A DNA stretch of 64,000 nucleotides from a candidate division FCPU426 bacterium (GCA_963738405.1 CAVTWJ010000018.1:64001-128000); one strand, 5' to 3'; counted from the stretch's first letter, positions 19,648 through 29,889 are shown. The notes: generated by a model from the sequence alone, not told the origin. A program made the numbers and translations.

Positions 19648-22600
19648 ATGATCTCTGACCAATCAATCCGAACCCTAGTCACACATGACCACGAGACCCT
19701 CTTTGCAGTGGATGCGGGAGCGGGCACGGGTAAGACCACACAATTGGTCGCCCGGCTTATCGCCCTATTACTCGAAAAGAAGGTTCCTTTAAGCCGCATC
19801 GCGGCCATTACCTTCACTGAAAAAGCTGCCGCGGAGTTGGCCCAACGTCTGCGCTTTAAACTTGAGGAAGCTCTCCCAAAATATCCCGAACAGAAAGCCC
19901 TGATCCTGAAAGCCTTAGAGGACATGGAGCGGGCCCCCATTTCGACCATCCATTCCTTTTGCGCTGGGTTATTGAAGGACTACCCGGTTGAGGCCGGAGT
20001 AGACCCTCAATTTGCCCTGATGGATGAAGTTCAATCAGGCGCTTTCGAGACCCAGACCTGGGAACATTGGCTGAAAAAGAACCTTTCCCAACCCGTCGAG
20101 CCCCTCTTCCAGTTCCTCCGCCTGGGCGGGACCTTCGAGCATGTGGATGAATTGAAGCAGTTCCTCAAGCGAAACCGGACCCTTCTGAAAACCCCTGAAA
20201 AACAAGCTCTTCCTTCGGTTGAGCCATTCCGCAAGGAGTGGAAAGAATTCCTCATCTGGAGCAAACAAGCCGCGAAGGACTGTAAAGACCACAAAGACAA
20301 GTTGTATGAAGCCCTCGAAACCTTCTGGGCCGAGAGCCAGGTTCAGGAATCCTCGAAGCCGGAGGAAGCGGATTTTAACCTCGCTTTGTTGGATATCCCC
20401 AAGGTGAAAAGAACGGGCAATCAAAAGGCCTGGGATAAGGCGGTCTTGGACGAGATTCGCCTGCGTTTTGAGGGGCTCGCGGAAGACCACACTTCCGCCT
20501 TTGCGCCTTTCCGTGAAGCGGTGTTGTTGAACCTCATCCATTGGATTGGGGGTTACCTGACAGAATGGGAAACCCAGAAGGCTAAGAGCGGTTTCCTCGA
20601 TTTCGACGATCTACTTTTAAAAACACGGGACCTCTTGCGCGACCACCTGGACAGTCGGGAAGAGATCAAGAAACGGTTCGACACCCTCTTCGTGGACGAG
20701 TTTCAGGACACCGACCCTTTGCAGGTGGAGATCGTGTTTTTCCTCTGTGAGTTGCAGGGTCGCCATGAAAAGGATTGGAAAAAAGCTTCTCTTGAACCTG
20801 GAAAATTGTTTTTGGTAGGTGACCCCAAGCAAAGCATCTACCGGTTCCGGCGGGCGGATGTAGCCATCTATGAAGCCACCAAAGAACGCATTTTAGCCAA
20901 CGGGGGGAAGGTCGAGGTTCTGACCGAGAACTTCCGCACTGTGGGCGGGTTGGTGGAGTGGGTCAACGAGCGGTTCCTTCCTCAATTCGAAGGTTCGGGC
21001 ATCACCTATCGAGCCCTGAACGCCAGCCGGGAGAAAGGTAAGACAGAAGGCACGCTTCCCATTCTTTGGGGGCTGAAGGTCCCTGTGCCGGAGGGTTCGG
21101 AAGACACCAAGGCCTTTTACCGTCAGCAGGAAGCCGAGTGGGTGGCGGCCTATTTGAAAGACCAGATCCTTCAGGGTGGGTGGACCGTCGCGGACCCCAA
21201 AACGCATGAGCGGCGGGCCGTTCGGGCGGGGGATATCGCCCTGTTATTCCGGGACCTTTCCAATGACAACGAAGAATACTGGGAAGAGGCCCTGCGCAAG
21301 CGGGACCTGCCCTACCAGATCATCGGGGGCAAGAGGTTCTACAACCGGCCCGAGATTGTGGCCCTCTCCACTCTCCTCACTTGTCTTTCCTCGCCTGCGG
21401 ATGAGGCGGCCTGCGTGGCGGTTTTACGGGGACCCCTCTTTGGGTTCTCGGACGAAGAATTGTTCCTTCATCGTGCTGACAAGGGTTCTTTCCTGTTTCA
21501 AGAAGATGCGAAAGAAAAGATGGGAAAAGCCTTTAAGTGTTTACGGGATTGGTTCGACGCCACCCGCACGCTCGGCGTATCGGAAACCTTGAGCTACCTC
21601 TACGAACACACCAACCTCTTAGCCATCACCGCCGGGCAACCCCACGGGGAACAGCGGGTCGCCAACCTCATGAAGGTCTTAGACCAAGCGCGGAACCTTG
21701 AAACCACCCAGCATTTCACCTACCGGGCTTTCACCCAGTGGCTGACCACCCAGCAAGAAGAAGGAACCTTAGAGGGCGAGGCGCCGGGGCCCGATTCCTC
21801 CGAGGACCGCACCGGTGTCTTTTATGACACCGGTACCGACAAAACCAGCGCCTCGGCTGGTGGCCTCGGCGCAGATCGCATCACCCTCATGACCATTCAC
21901 AAGGCCAAGGGGTTGGAATTCCCCATCGTGTTCGTTTCCGCCTGGTCATCGGACCCCAAGGATTCGGGGAGCCTGGTGGACCGCAAGGCCATGGTGGGCG
22001 CTTTCAAAGTTGGCCGAGCCGACTTAGGCTTAAAGACCACAAATTACGATTCGGTCAAAGAAGATGAAGAGCTTCAACAACTAGCCGAAAACACCCGATT
22101 GCTCTATGTGGCGGCCACCCGTGCCCGGGACTGTCTTTTACTGCCCCATTTCCAAATGCCTCTCGAGTGCAAATTCCAAAACGAAAACCTTTTTGCGGGG
22201 CCCCTCTTGAAGGCCTTGGAAGAAAAGGACTCGCCAGTGCGGTCTGCGCCGAGGCCACCAGCCGAGGCGGAAGATTTGACGATACTGGCGTCAATAAAGA
22301 CGCCAGTGCGTTGGGCGGAACCGGATAGTATCAAAGAGTCGCTGGGCGACCCGGCCGTTTGGTCGGTGAAACTGAACGTGGACCCGAAAGACCCGGCGCT
22401 TAAGGCGGAAAAAGAAAAACTCGTTTCCGAAAATCAAAAACGCACAGGTCTGATCGAAAGGATGATGGGCAAGCGAACTTTTCAATCGGTTACTTCGGTC
22501 CTCGCTGTGGATGAAGATAAGAAAGGAACCGAAGAACGCATCTGGGAAGGGCCTGAGCCTTCTTCCCCCTGGGGTGGAAAGGAATTGGGTTCCTTCACCC

Positions 22601-23028
22601 ATCTACTTTTGGAAAAGGCCTGGGATTGGAAACCAGCCCAAATCCCTCAGGCCGCGGAATATTACGGTGAAAAGATGGGTCTTTCACCTGAACAAAGGGC
22701 GGAGGCGGCCCAGTGGGTCGAACAGACCCTTTTGAACCCTCTCATCCAAAGGGCTAAAAAATCCGAAAGGGCCTTCCGGGAATTGCCCCTTACGGGAAAA
22801 TATGAAGATGATTTTTTGAACGCGGTGCTCGACCTGGTCTTTTTGGAAGAAGGGAAATGGGTCATTGTGGATTACAAAACCGACCGGGACCCGAACAAGT
22901 TAGCCGAAAAATACGGGAAGCAATTAAAACATTACGCCAAGCTTTTGGAGCAGACCACCCAAATACCCGTCAAAGAAGCCCATCTCCTCTTTATCCGGGA
23001 GAATCGGGCCCAAGCTGTCCCCCTTTAA
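19648..23028 (+). CDS. addA: AddA/RexA-like UvrD-family helicase-nuclease
   Basis: AGAGTGKT, DEFQD, VGDPKQSIYRFR, ENFRT, TIHKAKGLEF, LLYVAATRA, C-terminal IVDYKTD..QLKHY. Confidence 0.92.
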   Translation: MISDQSIRTLVTHDHETLFAVDAGAGTGKTTQLVARLIALLLEKKVPLSRIAAITFTEKAAAELAQRLRFKLEEALPKYPEQKALILKALEDMERAPISTIHSFCAGLLKDYPVEAGVDPQFALMDEVQSGAFETQTWEHWLKKNLSQPVEPLFQFLRLGGTFEHVDELKQFLKRNRTLLKTPEKQALPSVEPFRKEWKEFLIWSKQAAKDCKDHKDKLYEALETFWAESQVQESSKPEEADFNLALLDIPKVKRTGNQKAWDKAVLDEIRLRFEGLAEDHTSAFAPFREAVLLNLIHWIGGYLTEWETQKAKSGFLDFDDLLLKTRDLLRDHLDSREEIKKRFDTLFVDEFQDTDPLQVEIVFFLCELQGRHEKDWKKASLEPGKLFLVGDPKQSIYRFRRADVAIYEATKERILANGGKVEVLTENFRTVGGLVEWVNERFLPQFEGSGITYRALNASREKGKTEGTLPILWGLKVPVPEGSEDTKAFYRQQEAEWVAAYLKDQILQGGWTVADPKTHERRAVRAGDIALLFRDLSNDNEEYWEEALRKRDLPYQIIGGKRFYNRPEIVALSTLLTCLSSPADEAACVAVLRGPLFGFSDEELFLHRADKGSFLFQEDAKEKMGKAFKCLRDWFDATRTLGVSETLSYLYEHTNLLAITAGQPHGEQRVANLMKVLDQARNLETTQHFTYRAFTQWLTTQQEEGTLEGEAPGPDSSEDRTGVFYDTGTDKTSASAGGLGADRITLMTIHKAKGLEFPIVFVSAWSSDPKDSGSLVDRKAMVGAFKVGRADLGLKTTNYDSVKEDEELQQLAENTRLLYVAATRARDCLLLPHFQMPLECKFQNENLFAGPLLKALEEKDSPVRSAPRPPAEAEDLTILASIKTPVRWAEPDSIKESLGDPAVWSVKLNVDPKDPALKAEKEKLVSENQKRTGLIERMMGKRTFQSVTSVLAVDEDKKGTEERIWEGPEPSSPWGGKELGSFTHLLLEKAWDWKPAQIPQAAEYYGEKMGLSPEQRAEAAQWVEQTLLNPLIQRAKKSERAFRELPLTGKYEDDFLNAVLDLVFLEEGKWVIVDYKTDRDPNKLAEKYGKQLKHYAKLLEQTTQIPVKEAHLLFIRENRAQAVPL
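21805..21880 (-). mobile_element. 69-bp in-frame insertion element, copy A (span includes flanking direct repeats)
   Basis: GACCGCA (21805) / GATCGCA (21874) 69 nt apart; hairpin ACCGGTGTC-TTTTAT-GACACCGGT; reverse complement aligns ungapped to copy B. Confidence 0.8.
22232..22310 (+). mobile_element. 69-bp in-frame insertion element, copy B
   Basis: CGCCAGTGCG direct repeat at 22232 and 22301 (69 nt apart); hairpin ACTGGCGTC-AATAAA-GACGCCAGT. Confidence 0.8.
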
Positions 23029-25127
23029 CTTCCTAACCCCAACTGTCCCATTTCATATTTCAACCAGGCGTTTCCCGGGGAAAGCTTCTGGGCCTTTTGG
23101 AAAATCTTTTTAGCTTCCGCTTTTTCGCCTTCTACGGCCAAGAGCTTGCCGTATTTTTCACATAGAGTCGCATCCTGGTAGCTTTTCCCAAAAGATTGAT
23201 GGAATGTTTCCGAGAAATTATTCCAATTCGCCCAGTTATCCCCCGGGAAAAAAGTATTTTCCCAGGAAAAATTAAAAGCCAGTTTTTCGAAATAACAAGA
23301 TTGAAGAAAGGGGTCGGAAGGGATGGAGGGATAGGCCTGTAACATTTTTTCAAGGACCGCTTGGTGGGGTTTGCCGGTGGGGATATCCACCGATTCCAAA
23401 TTGATCTCCTGCTGAAACGTGTAATAACTTTTCCATCGCTCCAGGAAGGTCCTATTTACCGGAGTCACCGGTAAAATCCCGAGCGCGTGCCGGCTCAAGA
23501 CCCCGGGTTGAGGGGTCCCGCCGTTGATCCAACGGCAGTCAGGGAGAGCCTGGGATAAAAAGGGTAGATAGTGGGTTTCCGTAAAGACCGCCGCCCATTT
23601 CACGTCTTGTCCCAGACGCTGGTTCCAGGCCGCGTTGAAAGGGTAGGAACAATAGGCCAGCGAGTAATTTTGGGGGCTGGGAACCATATCCGAAAAGATC
23701 CAACCGGGTCCCTCCGCCCTCGCCAGGTTGTCCAGACTCCTATATCCGTCCCGGTACTCGCTGAAATCGACCTGGGCGGGATTCGGAAGAAATAACCGAT
23801 TGAGGTCCCAAACCGCCGAAGAACCCAGCACCACGACCAGCAGGAGGGGACGTAATCGGCCTGGCAGGGATAAGACCAAGGTTTCTATTCCCAAGGCCAA
23901 AAAGATCAGCAGAAGGGGTAACGCTAGGAGCATCCGGTGGGCTTCCAGGTCCCTGGATAAAAGGCCGGGCAGGAGGAAGATGGGAAAGGCAACCAAAAGA
24001 ATTTTGGATAGTAATTTAAAGCGCCCTCGGACCATTTCAACGAATCCCAAAAGGAAAGCCGATCCCAATAAGGCGTTTAATAGCCCCCCTTGGGGCGCCA
24101 ATTCCATCCCCGAGGTCCCGCCCCAAAAAATCGCCTGAAGATAACTGAAAGCGACCCGCGCCTGACCCCATAGGGTAAAAGAAGGATCATTCCAAGCCGC
24201 TACTTCATGCAAATGCCCGCCATAGCCCGTCCCAACCGCCGTGAGAAGAAAAGGAACCATTCCCCCCAAAAGAAAAATGAAAAAAAGTCCTCCGGCGGCC
24301 CACTCCGTTTTTTTCCAAAACCATCCGCCTGCCACCCCCAACCCAAATAGAGTTAATACGGGCCAAGCCATAAAGGTATAGGGCCCCAAGCCCAAGGCCA
24401 GCCCCAAGGCGCAGGCCCAAATTTTTCGGGAGGCGGGATTGGGGGACAAAGTCAAACGGCCGAACAGGTAAAGTACCCCCCATTCCCAAAAGGGAAGCAA
24501 AACCCCCGGTTCATCGCACCGGGAAAGAAGAAGGTCCCATAGGTTGAAAGCCGTTATAACCGCGAGGATTCCCGCGAGGGGCCTTGAAAAATAAAGGCGC
24601 GCGGCGGCATAGCTTAAAACCACGGTCAAAAACGAGACCAGGGCCGAGGGAATTTGGATTCCCAGAAGATTCGAACCCGTCAACCTTGCCGCGAAATAGA
24701 AAAGGTAACTGAGCGTGCTGGGAACCTGGCTTAGGATCACAAAAGGTTTCCATTGCCAATGGTCCATCCACTGGATGACCGACAGGGCCAAGAGGGAAGA
24801 GTCCCCTCCCGGCCAGCGGCTTAAGGAACCGATACCCCAAAATCTCACGAGGGCCGCGAACGTCAGGAGGAAAAACCAAACCCAGACTGGGAAGGAAGCG
24901 TTTTCGCCGGAACCCTTGGATCGAAGAAATGAACGATCCCTGGCCGGGGAAGAGGGGGATAAATAAATCAAAAGCAAGGGCAAGGCTAATCCTAAAAGAA
25001 GAATCCGGATTTTGGAGGGTGGGGAAAGCGGAGTCTGGGATAAAAGCGAAAGGCTGGCGGCCAGTATGATAAAACAAAGCCAAGCGGGAAATGGAATCGA
25101 CCGGGCTGTTATTTTGTTTTTTTTCAC
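23025..25127 (-). CDS. Polytopic GT-C-like (ArnT/PMT-type) membrane protein with C-terminal TPR
   Basis: Many hydrophobic segments, R..sl...WP.gD loop, C-terminal TPR-like helices; paralog of 43138-45174. Confidence 0.65.
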   Translation of the reverse strand: MKKNKITARSIPFPAWLCFIILAASLSLLSQTPLSPPSKIRILLLGLALPLLLIYLSPSSPARDRSFLRSKGSGENASFPVWVWFFLLTFAALVRFWGIGSLSRWPGGDSSLLALSVIQWMDHWQWKPFVILSQVPSTLSYLFYFAARLTGSNLLGIQIPSALVSFLTVVLSYAAARLYFSRPLAGILAVITAFNLWDLLLSRCDEPGVLLPFWEWGVLYLFGRLTLSPNPASRKIWACALGLALGLGPYTFMAWPVLTLFGLGVAGGWFWKKTEWAAGGLFFIFLLGGMVPFLLTAVGTGYGGHLHEVAAWNDPSFTLWGQARVAFSYLQAIFWGGTSGMELAPQGGLLNALLGSAFLLGFVEMVRGRFKLLSKILLVAFPIFLLPGLLSRDLEAHRMLLALPLLLIFLALGIETLVLSLPGRLRPLLLVVVLGSSAVWDLNRLFLPNPAQVDFSEYRDGYRSLDNLARAEGPGWIFSDMVPSPQNYSLAYCSYPFNAAWNQRLGQDVKWAAVFTETHYLPFLSQALPDCRWINGGTPQPGVLSRHALGILPVTPVNRTFLERWKSYYTFQQEINLESVDIPTGKPHQAVLEKMLQAYPSIPSDPFLQSCYFEKLAFNFSWENTFFPGDNWANWNNFSETFHQSFGKSYQDATLCEKYGKLLAVEGEKAEAKKIFQKAQKLSPGNAWLKYEMGQLGLGS

Positions 25128-25271
25128 TCGTCACTTTTCCAGGGGGGATGATCGGGGTTAAAGAGAACCATTCGATTTTATCAACTCTTTCCCCGCGCCT
25201 TATCAGTTTCGTCCTAAATATTTTGTGTTATCCGCTTTTGTAATGGAAAGTCCGAACCCTAAAATAGAGCG

Positions 25272-26204
25272 ATGACCCATCCCCATTCCACGAACCATTC
25301 GCATCGATCCGAGACCCGTGAGCCAAGCGAGCGCATCCGCAAAACCCGAATGCTCTGGGCCATTGGGATTACCGGGGCCATCCTGATTTTAGAGGCGGTG
25401 GGAGGCGTGGTTTCGGGCTCGCTGGCCCTTCTTTCCGATGCCGGGCATATGCTGACCGACCTGGCGGCGCTTCTGATTTCCCTCGCCGCCATGATGATGG
25501 CCGAGTGGCCCGCCAGTTCCCAGCATACCTACGGGTGGGCCCGCCTGGAGGTCTTGGCGGCGCTGGGCAACTCCATTACTTTCTTCTTTATGGTCGCCGG
25601 GGTGGGATGGGAAGCCATCCACCGCCTCTCCCATGCCGTTCTCCCCGACTGGAAGACCATGGGGCTGATCGCCTTCATCGGGCTTTTGGCCAACGCACTT
25701 TCCGCCTGGTTCCTCCACGGCTCGGAGGAAGAAGATTTAAATATGCAAAGCGCCTGGATACACGTTCTGGGGGATTTGGCCTCCTCTGCCAGCGTTTTGA
25801 TTGGGGTGACGGTCATCGCCGAAACCGGATGGGTCTGGGTGGACCCGATCTTGAGTTTGGGGATCGCCCTTCTCATCGGCTGGAGCGCCATTAAGCTTTT
25901 CAGGAAGGCCCTGCGGATTCTTTTGGAATCGGCGCCCCATGGCATCGCGCCCGAAGCGCTCCGTGAGGATCTGTTGAAGGAAATCCCCGAAATCAAGGAA
26001 GTGCATCACGTGCATTTATGGGAAGTGGGTTCGGGGGAGATTCACTTGACGGCCCATTTGGTGGTGGAGGACCAAGCCTTGAGCCGGGTTCAGGAAATTA
26101 TCCGCAAAGCCTCCCACCGGCTGGAGGAACACCAAGGCATTAGGCATTCCACCCTTCAAATGGAAACGATGATCCGCGTACCCATCAAGGGCCCGGCCGA
26201 ATAG
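25272..26204 (+). CDS. Cation diffusion facilitator (Zn/Co/Cd, CzcD/ZitB-like)
   Basis: SLALLSDAGHMLTD, HVLGD, EVHHVHLW, HSTLQ. Confidence 0.92.
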   Translation: MTHPHSTNHSHRSETREPSERIRKTRMLWAIGITGAILILEAVGGVVSGSLALLSDAGHMLTDLAALLISLAAMMMAEWPASSQHTYGWARLEVLAALGNSITFFFMVAGVGWEAIHRLSHAVLPDWKTMGLIAFIGLLANALSAWFLHGSEEEDLNMQSAWIHVLGDLASSASVLIGVTVIAETGWVWVDPILSLGIALLIGWSAIKLFRKALRILLESAPHGIAPEALREDLLKEIPEIKEVHHVHLWEVGSGEIHLTAHLVVEDQALSRVQEIIRKASHRLEEHQGIRHSTLQMETMIRVPIKGPAE

Positions 26205-26214
26205 CCGTTTTTCC

Positions 26215-26577
26215 TCACCCGCCCCCCGTGCCGCTCAGCCATTCCTCCAATTGAACTTGAATGGCGGCCAGGCGTTTCACCCAGCGGTCGTGTAATTCAT
26301 CGGATAACAGATTCTTTTTCAAACAGAGGGACATGAGGGGCACGCATTCATGGGCAAGCCCTAAGGCTTCCTTGAGATGCCGCTGGGTCTTGAGGGCGCT
26401 GGAGGAGGCTTTGGCCCGTTGGACCTGCTCCGGGAGCTCGTGAATCTGCCGTTTCAGACGGGAGACGGCCTCGTTTTTAACGGCCCAGGGAAGATGCTGG
26501 TAAACCTTGTTGACCTCGCCCGCCAGGGCCTCGCATTGGGCCGGCAAGTCCAAATCCAGAAAATCGGAACGCGACAT
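26215..26577 (-). CDS. Divergent four-helix-bundle protein (23S rRNA IVS-protein / Avd-like)
   Basis: 120 aa all-helical; VYQHLP..SRLKR..RHLKEALG..E pattern; RBS GAGGAGG. Confidence 0.5.
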   Translation of the reverse strand: MSRSDFLDLDLPAQCEALAGEVNKVYQHLPWAVKNEAVSRLKRQIHELPEQVQRAKASSSALKTQRHLKEALGLAHECVPLMSLCLKKNLLSDELHDRWVKRLAAIQVQLEEWLSGTGGG

Positions 26578-26612
26578 GCATCCTCCTCAATGGGGAAAGC
26601 CTCAAGACTATT

Positions 26613-27950
26613 TTAAGGCTTTGGCTGGAGGAAGGATCGTACTTTCTCGGCGGCTCGGTGGCCTGAGAAGCAAGCGCCCTCAATGGTGGCGGGAAGGCCG
26701 GTGGCGGTGAAATCCCCGGCCAAAAACACGTTTTCAAAAACCGTTTCGCAGGTGGGGCGACACGAGACGTTCTCCGGGGTTAATTCGACTGTCGCGGCCA
26801 TTTCCTTCACTACCTTGGAATGAAGTCTTTGGGCGCCTTGAGCCAGGGGAAAATGGCGCTGTAATTCTTCCACGGCCGTCACCAAAAGTTCCTTATCGTT
26901 TTTCACGGCCAAATCCATGTCCGCGCTGGCGACCAGGCTTAAATATTGTCCCGGGCCTGCGTAGCCCCAATTGGCGTTGCGGTTGAAGACCCACTCGAAA
27001 TGGGCGCCGGGGAGCCCGGCCCAATGGCCTTTCATCACAGGCCGGTCGAGCAAGAGATTTACGGAAAGAATCGGAGAGCGGCCCATTTGTTCTGCCGAAA
27101 CCGGGGAGGGAAGATCGGACGTGGTCCAGAGGGCCTCCAGGGACCGGGGGGGGAGGGCCAAGACGAGGGCGTCGCCGGAGAAAATTTTGCCCGAGGCTGT
27201 TTCTACCTCGAAAGGTCCGCTGACCAGCCGGAGGTGGCGGGCCCCATCCCCCAAATGGATCATTCCCCCTTTTTCTTTCAAGTAGCTTTCAACTTTGGGA
27301 AAGGCCAATTCGCTTAAGGGTTTGGCGGGCAGGGCGATAGCGCTCTGGGCGCGGGTTCCAAAAAAGGCCCTGTGCAGGGCCTCCCCGAATTCCAAAAGGG
27401 AGGATCGTTCGGGCTGCAGGTTCATGACGGCCCGGCAGAGGGGATCCCAGAATCTTTCACGGGAAATCGGCCCCTGACGGGTATGGACCAAAAACTGGCC
27501 CACCGTTTGGAGGCCCTTAGCAATTGAAAAGGGGCGCCGGGCGAAGGGCTGGAGCGCCCGGGCCAGGGAAAGTTTTTCCCCCATGGGAAAGGCCTTGGTT
27601 TTCAGCAAGCCCACCGCCAGATGGAAGGGAGCCGGAAGATTGGCGCAGGAAAAGGAGGCGGGTACGCCGCCGGGGCTCATCCAGGTGATTTCCAGCGGGT
27701 TGATCCAATGGAAGGAGTTTTCGAATTCCAAGCGCTTGAAAAGCGCCCAGGTGTCTTTGTAACAGCCCAGGAACAGATGGGGACCGTTGTCGCAGGGAGC
27801 TGGAAAGGAATCTCCCGGCGCGATGGTGTAGACCCGGCCGCCGAGGGAAGAGCGGGTCTCCAAAAGTTCCACCCCGATTCCCTGCTCGGCCAAGGCGGTG
27901 GCGGCGGCCACCCCGGAGTAACCTCCTCCCACCACAATAACCCGGCTCAT
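26613..27950 (-). CDS. hpnE: Hydroxysqualene dehydroxylase
   Basis: VVGGGYSG FAD motif, DNGPHLFLGCY, LAGDFTATGLPATIEGA; follows hpnCD. Confidence 0.88.
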   Translation of the reverse strand: MSRVIVVGGGYSGVAAATALAEQGIGVELLETRSSLGGRVYTIAPGDSFPAPCDNGPHLFLGCYKDTWALFKRLEFENSFHWINPLEITWMSPGGVPASFSCANLPAPFHLAVGLLKTKAFPMGEKLSLARALQPFARRPFSIAKGLQTVGQFLVHTRQGPISRERFWDPLCRAVMNLQPERSSLLEFGEALHRAFFGTRAQSAIALPAKPLSELAFPKVESYLKEKGGMIHLGDGARHLRLVSGPFEVETASGKIFSGDALVLALPPRSLEALWTTSDLPSPVSAEQMGRSPILSVNLLLDRPVMKGHWAGLPGAHFEWVFNRNANWGYAGPGQYLSLVASADMDLAVKNDKELLVTAVEELQRHFPLAQGAQRLHSKVVKEMAATVELTPENVSCRPTCETVFENVFLAGDFTATGLPATIEGACFSGHRAAEKVRSFLQPKP

Positions 27951-27969
27951 GCGTTTTCTCCCCCGGGCC

Positions 27970-28806
27970 TCAAGCGAATACCTTCCCCAGCGAACAGCGG
28001 CCCAGGGCGCCCACCACCGAAAGAACCTTATCCGCGCGGGAAAGGGATCTTTTTCCCTCGAGTATGGTGAAGGGTTGGTCGTAAAGCCGCTGGTAGAGCT
28101 TCACATAAACTGCCGCGATGGCCTCGGCGGTGGGAAGCTCAGCCCTTTGTTTAGTGGAAAGGGCGGCGCGGGATTTCAACAGGAAACCCAGGGCCCTGTC
28201 CAATTGGAACCGTACGAAGGCCGGCCAATGGGAATCGCCCTTTTGAATGTTTTCCGGAACCAGATGAAATTGACGAAAGTCGGAAAGGGGGAAATAAAGC
28301 CTCTTGAATCCTAGGTCTTCCTTAAAATCGCGGGTCACGTTGACGAGCTGGAGAAAAACACCGAGGTTTTCGGCATAGACCCGGTGGGCTTCATCCTTAA
28401 ACCCGAATATTTCCATGCTAGCCAAACCAGGCCCTCCCGCCACTTGCAGGGCGTAAGAATGGAGTTCCTTGAAATTTTTAAATCGCAGGGGTTTTAAATC
28501 CCTGGCGATGCCGTTCAAGATGCGTTCCAGAGGCTCGGACGAAAGGTTGAAATCCCGGATCACTTCCTGAAATGAGGTAAACAGGGGATCTTTCGATTTT
28601 TGCAAAAAAGCTTTTTTGAGTTCCGCCCTGAACCGGGCGAGCCGGGATTTCTTTTGGGCGGAGGTGCCTTCCCCGTCGGCGATCTCGTCCGCGTTCCAGC
28701 AAAAACGGTAAAGGGACTCCATGGCTGCCCTTTTTTGGGGGGATAGAAGAAGGAGGGGGAAATAAAAACTCGATTTTTTTTCCAGGGAATCTTTTTGGGG
28801 ATTCAC
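27970..28806 (-). CDS. hpnD: Presqualene diphosphate synthase
   Basis: SSFYF, ADEIAD, QLVNVTRDFKED, RLYFP. Confidence 0.82.
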   Translation of the reverse strand: MNPQKDSLEKKSSFYFPLLLLSPQKRAAMESLYRFCWNADEIADGEGTSAQKKSRLARFRAELKKAFLQKSKDPLFTSFQEVIRDFNLSSEPLERILNGIARDLKPLRFKNFKELHSYALQVAGGPGLASMEIFGFKDEAHRVYAENLGVFLQLVNVTRDFKEDLGFKRLYFPLSDFRQFHLVPENIQKGDSHWPAFVRFQLDRALGFLLKSRAALSTKQRAELPTAEAIAAVYVKLYQRLYDQPFTILEGKRSLSRADKVLSVVGALGRCSLGKVFA

Positions 28807-28842
28807 GCGGCTTCCTTCAAGGGATATGTGATTGACTTTTTC

Positions 28843-29739
28843 CTAGGGCCGGACGAAACCGGCCAGGGATCGGAGGGCCAGGAGAGCCTTGTCCAAGGCG
28901 TTCCAGGAGGGCCTTTCCTGAAGCACATTGTAGTCCAGGGCCCGAATTTTCGAGAGGATTCCCTGGCCTCCCAGATAGGTGGCGCGAAGCTCCATCAGGA
29001 ACCTGCCCCGGACGGCCTCCAGTAAGGGGAAACCCCGCCGGAAATAGTTATCCGTGAATCGGACCGATTCCCTCACCAAGGCGCGAACCTGTGGGGAGTC
29101 CCTTAAAGCCAAGAGGTTGGAGGGTTTGACCCCGGCTTTTTTAAGTTCCGCCAGCGGGTAATAGATCCTTCCCCTTTTCAAGTCGATGGCCGAATCCTGC
29201 CAGAAATTAATGAGCTGAAGACCCGAGCAAATAAAGTCCGACCAAAGGTGAAGTTTTTTTTCCCGGTAGCCGGAAATGTATAGCACCATCCTTCCCACGG
29301 GGTTGGCGCTGTGGCGGCAATAATAGAGAAGGGAATTCCAAGTGGAATAGCGGTGGATCTTAAGGTCCATGCGGTAGGCTCTCAATAGGTCCAAAGGCAG
29401 GGACGTTGGTATCTGAAAGGTTCGAAGGGTATGGGCGAAGGCTTTAAGAACCGCTGGAGAATCTTTCCCCTGGAGGGCTTTTCCCAAACCCCTTTCCCAG
29501 GCGTCGATTTCTTTCAACCTTCGGCCCTCGTATCTTTCCTCATCGGCGAAATCATCTGCGGTACGGGCAAAGGCATAGAGGGCGGCCACGTGGGGCCGGG
29601 ATGCTTTGGGAAGAAGCAGGGAAGCGACCGGAAAATTCTCATAACGCGCCGAGGCTTGGTTTTCACAGGCCCGGTAGGCTTCTTGCAAATGTACAGGAAT
29701 GGGATAATTCACACCCCAAGGGTAAAGGGGTAGGGGCAA
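28843..29739 (-). CDS. hpnC: Hydroxysqualene synthase (start may be GTG 29712)
   Basis: YENFPVAS, ADDFADE, YCRHSANPVGR, LQLINFWQD. Confidence 0.9.
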   Translation of the reverse strand: MPLPLYPWGVNYPIPVHLQEAYRACENQASARYENFPVASLLLPKASRPHVAALYAFARTADDFADEERYEGRRLKEIDAWERGLGKALQGKDSPAVLKAFAHTLRTFQIPTSLPLDLLRAYRMDLKIHRYSTWNSLLYYCRHSANPVGRMVLYISGYREKKLHLWSDFICSGLQLINFWQDSAIDLKRGRIYYPLAELKKAGVKPSNLLALRDSPQVRALVRESVRFTDNYFRRGFPLLEAVRGRFLMELRATYLGGQGILSKIRALDYNVLQERPSWNALDKALLALRSLAGFVRP

Positions 29740-29889
29740 AACGGAAACCCTAATTTTAGGACTTTTTCTTTACAAGGATTCATTCGGGATAGATTTAGCC
29801 CAAATTCAACTTTTTATTTGAGATGGTTTGGAGAAAGACGTCGTTTTGTTTGATAAAATCCAGTCCGCATCCCTGGACCAAAATCTGAC

